Shown: positions 12,750 through 23,965 of the stretch, piece by piece | Position numbering within the stretch: position 1 is the stretch's first letter | How the letters are laid out: every line of letters starts with the position of its first letter | Origin: Propionibacteriales bacterium | Lineage (GTDB): Bacteria; Actinomycetota; Actinomycetes; Propionibacteriales; Nocardioidaceae | DNA length: 64,000 bases | Direction of reading: 5' to 3' | NCBI GenBank assembly: GCA_038233355.1 | Contig: JBBSMD010000001.1 | Location: forward strand, 1,047-65,046 | The notes under the pieces: generated by a model | Told to the model about the DNA's origin: nothing | Databases searched by the model: none | Seen by the model: only the letters and a program-made list of their open reading frames with translations | Made by a program: the position numbers and the translations under genes

Positions 12750-13537
12750 GCGAACTTCTGCACCGCCAGGTACTCGGCCAGCTTCTGCCCACCGTCGCCC
12801 TCATCGGTCACGATCTGCCCAGCGCTGCGCGCCGGGCGCGCCTCGAACGAGACGACCTCGGTCCACGCAGCGGCCAGACCCACCCGGGCCGGCTCGACAC
12901 CCAGATCAGCCAGCGACCACGTCTGCACCGGCTTCTTCTTCGCCGCCATGATGCCCTTGAACGAGGGATAACGCGGCTCGTTGCACTGGTCGGTCACGCT
13001 CAACACCAACGGCGTGCTCGCCTCCACGTACTCGGTCGCGGTGTCACCGTCGCGGCGGACCCGCACCGTCTCGCCGTCCACCTCGACCTGGGAGGCCAAT
13101 GTCACCTGCGGCAGGTCGAGCCGCTCGGCCACCATCGCCGGCACCACCCCCATCGAGCCGTCGGTCGAGGCCATCCCGCAGATGACCAGGTCGACCGGCG
13201 CGTCCGCACCGATCTTCTCGACCGCCGCGGCCAGCACCAGCGAGGTGGCCGCCGAGTCCGACCCGTGCACCGCGTCGTCGAGCACGTGCACCCCCTTGTC
13301 GATCCCCATCTGCAGCGACTTGCGCACCGCATCCGCGGCCGGTGCCGGGCCCACCGTCAGCACCGTCACCTCACCACCATGCGCGTCGCGGATCGCCAAC
13401 GCCTCCTCCACCGCGTACTCGTCGAGCTCGCTCAACAGGCCATCCACACCGGCCCGATCCACGGTGTTGTCGACCTCGTCGAACCGCCGTTCGGCGGTGG
13501 CGTCAGGGACGTACTTCACACACACGACGATGTTCAT
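12746..13537 (-). CDS. etfB: electron transfer flavoprotein beta subunit
   Basis: MNIVVCVKYVPDATAERRFD. Start moved from 13639 to ATG at 13537 preceded by GGAGGA. Confidence 0.92.
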   Translation of the reverse strand: MNIVVCVKYVPDATAERRFDEVDNTVDRAGVDGLLSELDEYAVEEALAIRDAHGGEVTVLTVGPAPAADAVRKSLQMGIDKGVHVLDDAVHGSDSAATSLVLAAAVEKIGADAPVDLVICGMASTDGSMGVVPAMVAERLDLPQVTLASQVEVDGETVRVRRDGDTATEYVEASTPLVLSVTDQCNEPRYPSFKGIMAAKKKPVQTWSLADLGVEPARVGLAAAWTEVVSFEARPARSAGQIVTDEGDGGQKLAEYLAVQKFA

Positions 13538-13628
13538 GCTCGTCCTCCGGTATGCATGGTGATGAGACGGCCAGGGTGAGCCTGCCACGACCCATCCGCC
13601 GGCCCGCCTCTGGTGTCGGCGTGCCGGT

Positions 13629-13701
13629 ACCACGTGCACGTGGTGGCGGGTTGCTTCTCATGGCGTCGAAGCCGTGAGAGGCAACCCTCAACCATGAGAA
13701 G
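13629..13701. promoter_or_regulatory. 16-bp perfect palindrome ACCACGTGCACGTGGT plus an adjacent set of mutually exclusive inverted repeats upstream of etfBA
   Basis: Palindrome at 13629-13644. gttgcttctcatgg (13650-13663) can pair with ccgtgagaggcaac (13672-13685, 2 wobble positions). Its core cttctcatgg can instead pair with ccatgagaag (13692-13701). Confidence 0.4.
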
Positions 13702-13822
13702 TGGCACGACATCAGGTCCGCAACCAGCCATGTTACCGGCTGGTACGGAGGTTGGCCGACGGGGCACCCTGCCGACCCACGAGCCGCCAGCGTGGCTGCC
13801 GTCCAGCGTCGCACGCACCCGC

Positions 13823-14602
13823 TCAGCGGCCCTCGAACACGGCCTTGCCGGGACCCTCGGCCACGAACGAGCGCATGCCCGTCGACCGGTCCTGGGTGGC
13901 GAACAGCGCCGCGAACTGCACCCGCTCGATCTCGAGCCCCGTCGCCAGGTCGGCCTGCAGCCCGGTGTCGATGGCCTCCTTGGCCGCCCGCAGCGCGTAC
14001 GCCGGGCCCGTGTCGAACTGCGCAGCCCACTGGACCGCGGCGTCGTACACCTCGACGGCCGGCAGCACCTTGTCGACGAGCCCGATGGCGAGCGCTTCCT
14101 CGGCGCGTACGAAGCGACCGGTGTAGACGAGGTCCTTGGCCTTGGCGGGGCCGACCAGCCGGGCGAGTCGCTGGGTGCCGCCGGCGCCGGGGATGATGCC
14201 GAGCAGGATCTCCGGCTGGCCCAGCTGGGCGTCGTCGGCGCAAAAGCGCAGGTCGGTGCACAGCGCCAACTCGCAGCCACCGCCGAGGGCGTAGCCGGTG
14301 ATCGCCGACACGGTCGGCTTGGGAATCGCGGCTACCGCGGTGAGCGCGGACTGCAAGGGCCCGGAGCGCTCCACCATGTCGGTGTAGGACATCTGCTCCA
14401 TCTCCTTGATGTCCGCCCCGGCCGCGAACACCCGCTGGCCGCCGTACACCACGACCGCCCGTACGTCGGCACGCTCGCTCGCCTCCACCGCAGCGGCGCG
14501 GATCTCCTCCTGCACCTGAACCGACAGTGCGTTCATCTTCGGTCGGTCCAGGCGGATGGTGCCGACACCTTCGGCGACCTCGAGTCGTACGTACTCGACC
14601 AT
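13823..14602 (-). CDS. enoyl-CoA hydratase (crotonase family)
   Basis: 259 aa. RLDRPKMNALS, FAAGADIKEM, ITGYALGGGCELAL. Confidence 0.9.
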   Translation of the reverse strand: MVEYVRLEVAEGVGTIRLDRPKMNALSVQVQEEIRAAAVEASERADVRAVVVYGGQRVFAAGADIKEMEQMSYTDMVERSGPLQSALTAVAAIPKPTVSAITGYALGGGCELALCTDLRFCADDAQLGQPEILLGIIPGAGGTQRLARLVGPAKAKDLVYTGRFVRAEEALAIGLVDKVLPAVEVYDAAVQWAAQFDTGPAYALRAAKEAIDTGLQADLATGLEIERVQFAALFATQDRSTGMRSFVAEGPGKAVFEGR

Positions 14603-14685
14603 GGCGATCCCCAGTCGTTGTCGCGGCGGCTCTCCAAGCGGCCACCGGCGGGCTCGGTGAGCCTAGACCGACCATCGCCTGGCTG

Positions 14686-14717
14686 GGTGTCTGGTCACAC
14701 CGGTGTCTGGTCACACA
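14686..14717. repeat. 16-bp tandem duplication at the 5' edge of the VOC-like remnant
   Basis: ggtgtctggtcacac at 14686-14700 and 14702-14716. Confidence 0.9.
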
Positions 14718-15096
14718 CGACACCGAAGCCGGACCCGGGGAACCGGGGTCGGTGATGGTGGTCGAGTTCGAGCTGGACGGCCAGCGCTTCATCGCGATCA
14801 ACGGCGGCCCGCAGTTCCCGTTCACCGAAGCCGTCTCGCTGCAGGTCAACTGCGAGACCCAGGACGAGGTCAACCGCTACTGGGAGCGCCTGACCGACGG
14901 CGGCGAGGAGGGCCCGTGCGGCTGGTGCAAGGACCGGTACGGCTTGTCCTGGCAGGTCACGCCGAGCGGCATGGACGAGCTCTTCGCCGACCCGGACCCC
15001 GAGCGCGCCGAGCGGGCGATGCAGGCGATGTTCGGCATGACGAAGCTCGACCTCGCCAAGCTGCAGCGCGCCGCCGACGGCGTCCCCACGCGTTGA
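14713..15096 (+). pseudogene. N-terminally damaged VOC / PhnB-like (3-demethylubiquinone-9 methyltransferase-domain) protein
   Basis: ..EAGPGEPGSVMVVEFELDGQRFIAINGGPQFPFTEAVSLQVNCETQDEVNRYWERLTDGGEEGPCGWCKDRYGLSWQVTP matches the C-terminal about 125 aa of this roughly 160-aa family. The expected N-terminal about 35 aa (..ITPxLWFdg..aeeA..fY) is reduced to TIAWLGVW followed by the 16-bp duplication. A translated product could still start at ATG 14755. Confidence 0.55.
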
Positions 15097-15125
15097 GCGG
15101 GACCGTCGGGCGTCCCCACGCGTTG
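15079..15125. repeat. 17-bp direct repeat (30-bp period) duplicating the 3' end and stop region of the VOC-like gene
   Basis: ggcgtccccacgcgttg at 15079-15095 (contains the stop TGA at 15094-15096) and again at 15109-15125. Confidence 0.9.
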
Positions 15126-15311
15126 CACGCTCCGACGCGATCCCGTGCAGGTCTGCCGCCCGGCTGCACCGTCCGACGTGGCCCCATGGGGGTTTGCCGC
15201 CCCGCAAAGCCACCTCGTCTCACGTCAGACCCCGTCGCCACCGCGCGCTGCAGCCGACGCAAGCGAGGCGGTACGCGAGCGAGGCCGGCCGGCGGACGGC
15301 AGGATGTCCGC

Positions 15312-17336
15312 GTGCACGCACCTGCCCTCGGCGCCCGGCTCGTCGACGGGCAGGTCGAGGTGGCGGTCGCCTCGGCCCACGCCGAGCGGGTCGAGCTGTG
15401 TCTGGCCGGCGCGGACGGCTACGGGCCCAAGGCGCCGAAGCTGGCCCTCCCGCACCGCGACGGTGACCTCTGGCACGGCCGCTTCGACGCCGCCGAGCAC
15501 GGCGCGCGGCCGCGGGCGACGTACGCGTTGCGCGCGCACGGACCCTGGGACCCGTCGACGGGCCGCTGCTTCGATCCCGGCCGGCTGCTGCTCGACCCGT
15601 ACGCCCGGGCGGTGACCGGCGCGGAGGCTCAACCGTTCGGGGTGCTGCTAGGCCCCGAGCAGGAGCGGCTCGACTGGCAGGGGGACGCGCCACCGGGCAC
15701 CCCGCTCGACCGCTCGGTGGTGTACGAGGCGCACGTACGGGGCCTGACGCGGCGGCACCCCGACGTGCCGCCACACCTGCGCGGGACGTACGCCGGGCTG
15801 GCCTGTCCACCGGTGCTCGACCATCTGACCCGGCTCGGCGTCACTGCGGTCGAGCTGCTGCCCGTGCACCAGTCCCGCGCCGAGCCTTCGCTACGGGCCC
15901 GCGGCGCCCGCAACTACTGGGGCTACGCGACGCTCGGCTTCTTCGCCCCGCACGCGGCGTACAGCGCACACGGCGACCGCGGCGAGCAGGTGACCGAGTT
16001 CAAGGCCATGGTCCGCGACCTACACGCGGCCGGGCTCGAGGTGTGGCTGGACGTGGTCTACAACCACACCTGCGAGGGACCGCAGCCGGCCCCGGCGCTG
16101 AGCTGGCGCGGGCTCGACGACGCGGCCTACTACCGGCGCGAGCACGGCCGCTACGCCGATGTCACCGGCTGCGGCAACACGATGCGCACCGACCACCCGA
16201 CCACGCTGCGGCTGGTGCTGGACTCGCTGCGCTACTGGGTGGAGGAGATGCACGTCGACGGCTTCCGCTTCGACCTCGCCTCCGCGCTGGCCCGCACCGA
16301 GCACCGGGTGCACCCGTACGCGCCGCTGATGAGCGCGATCGGGCAGGACCCGGTGCTGCAACGGGTGAAGCTCGTCGCCGAGCCGTGGGACGTCACGCCC
16401 GAGGGCTACCTGCTCGGCGGTTTCCCGCCCGGGTGGTCGGAGTGGAACGGCCGCTTCCGCGACGACGTACGCGACGCGTGGCGAGGTCACGGCGACGACC
16501 GCGGCCTGGCTGCGCGACTCGCCGGGTCACCGGACCTCTTCGCCGCCGCGCACCGGCGACCGGCCGCGTCGGTGAACTTCGTGACCAGCCACGACGGCTT
16601 CACCCTGCGCGACCTGGTCAGCTACGAGCGCAAGCACAACGAAGCCAACGGTGAGGGCAACCGCGACGGCGACGACCACAACCACGCCTGGAACTCCGGT
16701 GTCGAGGGTGCGGCGGCGGCCGACGTCGCCGTCGACGCGCTGCGCCGGCGCCGGGCCGCGTCGATGCTCACCACCGTGCTGCTCGCGGCCGGGGTGCCGA
16801 TGCTGACGGCCGGGGACGAGCGTGGGCGCACCCAGCGGGGCAACAACAACGCCTACTGCCATGACGACGACACCTCGTGGCTGGACTGGACCGATGCGGG
16901 TGACTGGGGCGACCTGACCACCCTCGTCGCCCGGCTCACCTCGCTGCGCCGAGAGCACGCCGCCTTGCGTCCGGCCTACTTCGCCACCGGTACGCCGGTT
17001 GGTCCCGGCGGCGCGGTGGACCTGGCCTGGTTCGGTGCCGACGGGCACCGGCGCCACACCGACGAGCTGGGCCGGGCGTCGCGCGGCATGGCCATGTTCC
17101 GTGCCGATGCCGACGCCGCGTTCCTGCTCGTGCTGCGCACCGACGGCGCGGACACCACCTGGCAACTCCCGGGGCCGCCTTGGGCCAGCGGTTACGTGCT
17201 CGAGCTCGATACGGCGGCACCGCGCACCTGGTCACCCGGCCGGATCGACCTCGTCCCGGCCGTGCGCGAGCTGCCCGCCGGCGCGAGCCTCTCGATGTGC
17301 GCTTGGTCGGCGGTGCTGTTGCGCTGTCTGCGCTGA
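15312..17336 (+). CDS. glgX: glycogen debranching enzyme
   Basis: GH13 motifs YNHTCEG, DGFRFDLAS, EPWD. Start moved from 14703 to in-frame GTG at 15312 (VHAPALGARLVDGQVEVAV), giving about 674 aa. Confidence 0.88.
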   Translation: MHAPALGARLVDGQVEVAVASAHAERVELCLAGADGYGPKAPKLALPHRDGDLWHGRFDAAEHGARPRATYALRAHGPWDPSTGRCFDPGRLLLDPYARAVTGAEAQPFGVLLGPEQERLDWQGDAPPGTPLDRSVVYEAHVRGLTRRHPDVPPHLRGTYAGLACPPVLDHLTRLGVTAVELLPVHQSRAEPSLRARGARNYWGYATLGFFAPHAAYSAHGDRGEQVTEFKAMVRDLHAAGLEVWLDVVYNHTCEGPQPAPALSWRGLDDAAYYRREHGRYADVTGCGNTMRTDHPTTLRLVLDSLRYWVEEMHVDGFRFDLASALARTEHRVHPYAPLMSAIGQDPVLQRVKLVAEPWDVTPEGYLLGGFPPGWSEWNGRFRDDVRDAWRGHGDDRGLAARLAGSPDLFAAAHRRPAASVNFVTSHDGFTLRDLVSYERKHNEANGEGNRDGDDHNHAWNSGVEGAAAADVAVDALRRRRAASMLTTVLLAAGVPMLTAGDERGRTQRGNNNAYCHDDDTSWLDWTDAGDWGDLTTLVARLTSLRREHAALRPAYFATGTPVGPGGAVDLAWFGADGHRRHTDELGRASRGMAMFRADADAAFLLVLRTDGADTTWQLPGPPWASGYVLELDTAAPRTWSPGRIDLVPAVRELPAGASLSMCAWSAVLLRCLR

Positions 17337-17344
17337 GGCCGCGC

Positions 17345-17406
17345 CACCGGGGCGGCCCGGGCACCAGCTGCCCGGGTCACCGGGGGGCGGCCCGGGCACC
17401 AGCTGC
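17345..17406. repeat. 27/29-bp tandem direct repeat between the convergent glgX and glgP
   Basis: caccggggcggcccgggcaccagctgc (17345-17371) and caccggggggcggcccgggcaccagctgc (17378-17406). Each contains the GCCCGGGC and CAGCTG palindromes. Confidence 0.85.
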
Positions 17407-17455
17407 TGCTGCGCTGCGTCGACACAGCAGGCCCCCTGGGGTGCGCCGGGCGCGC

Positions 17456-20032
17456 TCAGCGGTCGCCCGGCGCTCCAAACCCGTCCGGCGTCGCGACCAG
17501 CGCGATCTCGGCGACCGCGGCGAGCTGGTCGTGGCGGGGCACTACCCGCACCGTCCAGCCGAAGGGACCGGTGCGGTCGAGCGGCACGTCGCCGGCGAAG
17601 TGCCAGCGCCCTCCTTCCAGCTCTCGGTAGGGGGCGAGCGAGGTGAGGGTGGGCTCGACGAGCCGGTCGGCGTCGTCGACCCGCCCGTGCGCCACCTGCA
17701 CGTCGACATCGTCGGGGCCGAGCTGGCCCAGCTCGGTCCACGTCTGCACGGTGAGTGTGCTGCCGAGCTGCGGAGAGCCGGCGATGCCGCTGGCCTCGGC
17801 GTGGTCGACGCGGACCTCCTTCCAGGCCGCCCGCACCCGCTGCTTCCAGCGCGCGAGCTCGGCCGCCGCCCCCGGCTCGGCCAGCGCCCGCGCCGACGCC
17901 ACACCGGGCACGTACAGCTCCCACACGTAGGCGGCCAGCATCCGGTCGGCCAGCACCTTGGGACCGAGCGAGGCCAGCGTGTGCCGCACCATCTCGAGCC
18001 AGCGCACCGGCAGGCCGTCGGCGTCGACGTCGACGTCGTAGAAGCGAGCCGCGACCTCCCGCTCGACCAGGTCGTACAAGGCCTGCGCCTCGACGTCGTC
18101 GCGACGCTCCACGTCGTCGATCCCGTCGGCGGACGGGATCGCCCACCCGTTGGAGCCGTCGTGCCACTCGTCCCACCAGCCGTCCAGGATGGACAGGTTG
18201 AGCCCGCCGTTGAGGGCGGCCTTCATGCCGGAGGTGCCGCACGCCTCGTACGGGCGCAGCGGGTTGTTGAGCCAGACGTCGCAGCCGGGGTAGAGCGGCT
18301 GCGCCATCGCGATGTCGTAGTCCGGCAGGAACACGATCCGGTGGCGCACGTCGGCCGCGTCGGCGAAACGCACCAGCTCGGCGATGAGCCGCTTGCCGCC
18401 GTCGTCAGCGGGGTGGGACTTGCCCGCGATCACCAGCTGCACCGGCCGGGTCGGGTGCAGCAGCAGCGCCCGCAACCGGTCGGGGTCACGCAACATCAAC
18501 GTGAGCCGCTTGTACGACGGCACCCGGCGGGCGAACCCAATCGTGAGCACGTCGGGGTCCAGGACCGAGTCGACCCAGCCGAGCTCGGCTGCCGCGGCAC
18601 CGCGCTGTCGCCATGACGCGCGCAGTCGGCGCCGTACGTCGTGCACCAGCCGCTCGCGCAAGGCGCGCTTGGTCTCCCACAGCCGCCGTCCGTCGAGGTC
18701 CTCCGCCGCCTCGAACGCGAGCGGGAAGCCGCCGAGCAGCTCGGCGATCTCCGGCGCCAGCCAGGTCGGTGCGTGCACGCCGTTGGTGATCGAGGTGATG
18801 GGGACGTCGTCGGCGTCGAAGTCCGGCCACAGACCGGCGAACATGTCCCGGCTCACCTGGCCGTGCAGGAGGCTCACGCCGTTGGCGCGCTTGGCCAGCC
18901 GGAACCCCATCACCGCCATGTTGAACATCGACGGGTCGCCACCGGGGTAGTCCTCTGCACCCAGGGCCAGTACCTGGTCGACCGGCACTCCCGGGGCGGC
19001 CACCTCGCCGCCGAAGTGCTGCTCGACCCGCTCCCGGGAGAAGCGGTCGATCCCGGCCGGCACCGGCGTGTGCGTGGTGAAGATGGTGCCGGCGCGTACC
19101 ACCTCCAGCGCGGTCGCGAAGTCGAGCCCCTGGTCCTGCACGAGCTCGCGGATGCGCTCCAGCCCGAGGAATCCGGCGTGCCCCTCGTTGGTGTGGAAGA
19201 CCTCCGGGGCGGGGGCGCCGGTGACGCCGGAGTACAGGCGCAGCGCCCGCACACCGCCGACACCGAGCAGCATCTCCTGCAGGAGCCGGTGCTCCGAGCC
19301 GCCACCGTAGAGCCGGTCGGTGACGTCGATGCCGAGCTCTCGGTTGAGGGCCAGCTCGGAGTCGAGCAGCAGCAGCGGCACCCGGCCCACCTGCGCCACC
19401 CACACCTGGGCCACGAGACGGCGGCCGCCCGGCAGCTCGATGCTCACGTGCGGGACCGACCCGTCGGGGTCGCGCAGCAAGGTCAGCGGCAGACCGTCGG
19501 GGTCGTTGACCGGGTAGGTCTCCTGCTGCCAGCCCTCCCGTGACAGCGACTGGCGAAAGTAGCCGTGCCGGTAGAACAGGCCCACCCCGATGATGGGCAC
19601 GCCGAGGTCGCTGGCGGTCTTGAGGTGGTCACCCGCGAGGATGCCGAGGCCGCCGGAGTACTGCGGCAGCACCGAGGTGATGCCGAACTCGGGCGAGAAG
19701 TAGCCGATGGCTCGTGGCCCCCGCTGCTCACCCACCTCGCTCTGGTACCACCGGTCTTCGGTGAGGTACGCGTGCAGCTCGGCGCCGGCGGTGACCAGCC
19801 GCTGGAGGAAGCCGTCGTCGCGCGCCAGCGCGTCGAGCCGCTCGCGCGAGAGCGACCCGAGCAGCCGGAGCGGGTCGTGCCCGCACGCTTGCCAGGCGGC
19901 GTGGTCGGTGGCGGCGAAGAGCTCCTGCGTCGGCCGGTGCCAGGACCAGCGCAGGTTCAGCGCCAGGTCCACGAGGGGACGCAGGGGCTCGGGCAGGACA
20001 GGATGGACGGTGAACCGTCTGATCGCACGCAC
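17456..20032 (-). CDS. glgP: alpha-glucan (glycogen/maltodextrin) phosphorylase, actinobacterial type
   Basis: RAIRRFTVHPVLPEPLRPL..NLRWSWH, GGLGILAGDHLK, TSGMKAALNG. Start moved from 20149 to GTG at 20032. Confidence 0.88.
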   Translation of the reverse strand: MRAIRRFTVHPVLPEPLRPLVDLALNLRWSWHRPTQELFAATDHAAWQACGHDPLRLLGSLSRERLDALARDDGFLQRLVTAGAELHAYLTEDRWYQSEVGEQRGPRAIGYFSPEFGITSVLPQYSGGLGILAGDHLKTASDLGVPIIGVGLFYRHGYFRQSLSREGWQQETYPVNDPDGLPLTLLRDPDGSVPHVSIELPGGRRLVAQVWVAQVGRVPLLLLDSELALNRELGIDVTDRLYGGGSEHRLLQEMLLGVGGVRALRLYSGVTGAPAPEVFHTNEGHAGFLGLERIRELVQDQGLDFATALEVVRAGTIFTTHTPVPAGIDRFSRERVEQHFGGEVAAPGVPVDQVLALGAEDYPGGDPSMFNMAVMGFRLAKRANGVSLLHGQVSRDMFAGLWPDFDADDVPITSITNGVHAPTWLAPEIAELLGGFPLAFEAAEDLDGRRLWETKRALRERLVHDVRRRLRASWRQRGAAAAELGWVDSVLDPDVLTIGFARRVPSYKRLTLMLRDPDRLRALLLHPTRPVQLVIAGKSHPADDGGKRLIAELVRFADAADVRHRIVFLPDYDIAMAQPLYPGCDVWLNNPLRPYEACGTSGMKAALNGGLNLSILDGWWDEWHDGSNGWAIPSADGIDDVERRDDVEAQALYDLVEREVAARFYDVDVDADGLPVRWLEMVRHTLASLGPKVLADRMLAAYVWELYVPGVASARALAEPGAAAELARWKQRVRAAWKEVRVDHAEASGIAGSPQLGSTLTVQTWTELGQLGPDDVDVQVAHGRVDDADRLVEPTLTSLAPYRELEGGRWHFAGDVPLDRTGPFGWTVRVVPRHDQLAAVAEIALVATPDGFGAPGDR

Positions 20033-20114
20033 GCGTAGAACGCTAGCGGGCCGCGGCTGCCCACCCGGCAGGCACGCGACGGGGCGCCCGTCAGGCTTCG
20101 ATACGTTGACGCCG

Positions 20115-22114
20115 ATGAGCAGACCCCTGATGACCCGTGTCCCGGTCATGGACGTCTTCCCCGTCGTTGAGTGCGGCGCCTACCCCGCCAAAGCGGCGGT
20201 AGGCGAGCCGTTCCCGATCGAGGCGACGGTCTTTCGCGAAGGTCACGACCGGTTGGGCTGCGGCGTGGTGCTCACCGGGCCGGACGGGGTCGAGCGGCCC
20301 GTACAGCCGATGGTGCCGCTCACGGGCGACGTGCCCGACCGCTACGTCGCCCACGTGGTCGCCGACGAGATGGGGCAGTGGACCTTCCGGGTGGAGTCGT
20401 GGGGTGACCCGTACGCCACGTGGTCACACGACGCCCCGGTCAAGATCGAGGTCGGCGTCGACGTCGAGCTGATGCTGGTCGAAGGCGCCCTGCTGCTCGA
20501 GCGAGCCGCCGCCGGGAAACCCGCCGGTGCTGCCCGCACGGTGCTCACCGACGCGGTCACGGCGCTGCGGGACACCGACCGCCCGGTCCCCGCGCGGCTG
20601 GCCGCCGGTCTCACCCCGGCCGTGGCGGACGCGTTGCGCGAGCACCCGGTCCGCGACCTGCTCGACTCCGCACCGAGCTACCCCGTCTTCGTGGACCGGC
20701 GGCGCGCGCTGGTCGGCGCCTGGTACGAGTTCTTCCCCCGCTCCGAGGGCGCCGTGCGCGAGGCCGACGGCTCGCTCACGAGCGGCACGCTGCGTACCGC
20801 CGCGAAGCGGCTGCCGGCGGTGCGCGAGATGGGCTTCGACGTGATCTACCTGCCACCGATCCACCCGATCGGCCGGGTCAACCGCAAGGGCCCCAACAAC
20901 ACGCTGATCCCGGGTCCCGACGACCCCGGCTCACCTTGGGCGATCGGCTCGGCCGAGGGTGGCCACGACGCCATCCACCCCGAGCTGGGCGACTTCGACG
21001 ACTTCGACGACTTCGTCGCCCGGGCCCACGAGCTGGGCCTGGAGGTGGCACTCGACCTCGCGCTGCAGTGCGCCCCCGACCACCCGTGGGTGGCCGACCA
21101 CCCGGAGTGGTTCGGCCGGCGGGCCGACGGTTCGATCGCGTACGCGGAGAACCCGCCCAAGAAGTACCAGGACATCTACCCGATCAACTTCGACCACGAC
21201 CCCGACGGCATCTACGCCGAGGTGCTGCGGATCCTGCGGCTGTGGATGGCGCACGGCGTGCGGATCTTTCGGGTCGACAACCCGCACACCAAGCCGGTCG
21301 CCTTCTGGGAGCGACTGTTCGCCGATATCCGCGACACCGACCCCGACGTCGTCTTCTTGTCCGAGGCCTTCACCAAGCCGGCGATGATGCGGGGTCTGGC
21401 CACCGTCGGCTTCCACCAGAGCTACACCTACTTCACCTGGCGCAACACCCGTAGCGAGCTCGAGTCCTACCTCACCGAGGTGAGCAAGCAGACCGCGCAC
21501 GTGCTTCGGCCCAACTTTTTCGTCAACACCCCCGACATCAACCCGTTCTACCTGCAGGGCGGCAACCCGCCCGCGTTCAAGGTCCGCGCGGCACTGGCCG
21601 CGATGTCGTCGCCGACGTGGGGGGTCTACGCCGGCTTCGAGCTGTACGAGCACGTGGCCAACCGGCCCGGTGCCGAGGAGTACCTCGACTCCGAGAAGTA
21701 CCAGATCAGGATCCGCGACTGGGACTGCGCGGCCCAACAGGGTCGCACCCTTGCGCCGTACCTCACCCGGCTCAACCACATCAGGTCGTGGCACCCGGCA
21801 CTGACCGAGCTGCGCAACCTCACCCTGCACTGGCCCGAGAGCGGCGAGCTCTTGTGCTTTTCCAAGCGCACCGGGGGACCCGGCACCGAGCGGCCGGAGG
21901 ACATCGTGCTGGTGGTGGCCAACCTCAGCTCCTACGAGGTCCGCGAGTCGACGGTGCACCTCGACATGCCGGCCCTGGGGCTCGGGTGGGACGACTTCTT
22001 CCAGGTCCACGACGAGCTCACCGGGCAGACGTACACGTGGGGCAAGACCAACTACGTGCGGCTGGACCCGTGGGTCGAGCCGGTGCACGTGCTGAGTGTG
22101 CGCAAGGCCCCCTG

Positions 22115-22118
<4 letters not shown>
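20115..22118 (+). CDS. glgE: alpha-1,4-glucan:maltose-1-phosphate maltosyltransferase
   Basis: [47 protein letters not shown]. Start at ATG 20115 (20130 also possible). Confidence 0.9.

Positions 22119-23961
<1,843 letters not shown>

Positions 23962-23965
<4 letters not shown>

Noticed and set aside
14703-15311. 200-aa N-terminal extension of the glgX ORF. Similar extensions occur on the glgE, treS, pep2, glgB, glgP, GGR, etfB, hbd and meaA ORFs.
   Set aside because: The extensions overlap upstream genes or are low-complexity. Conserved N-termini begin at internal ATG/GTG codons, often with 4-nt overlaps or clear Shine-Dalgarno sequences.
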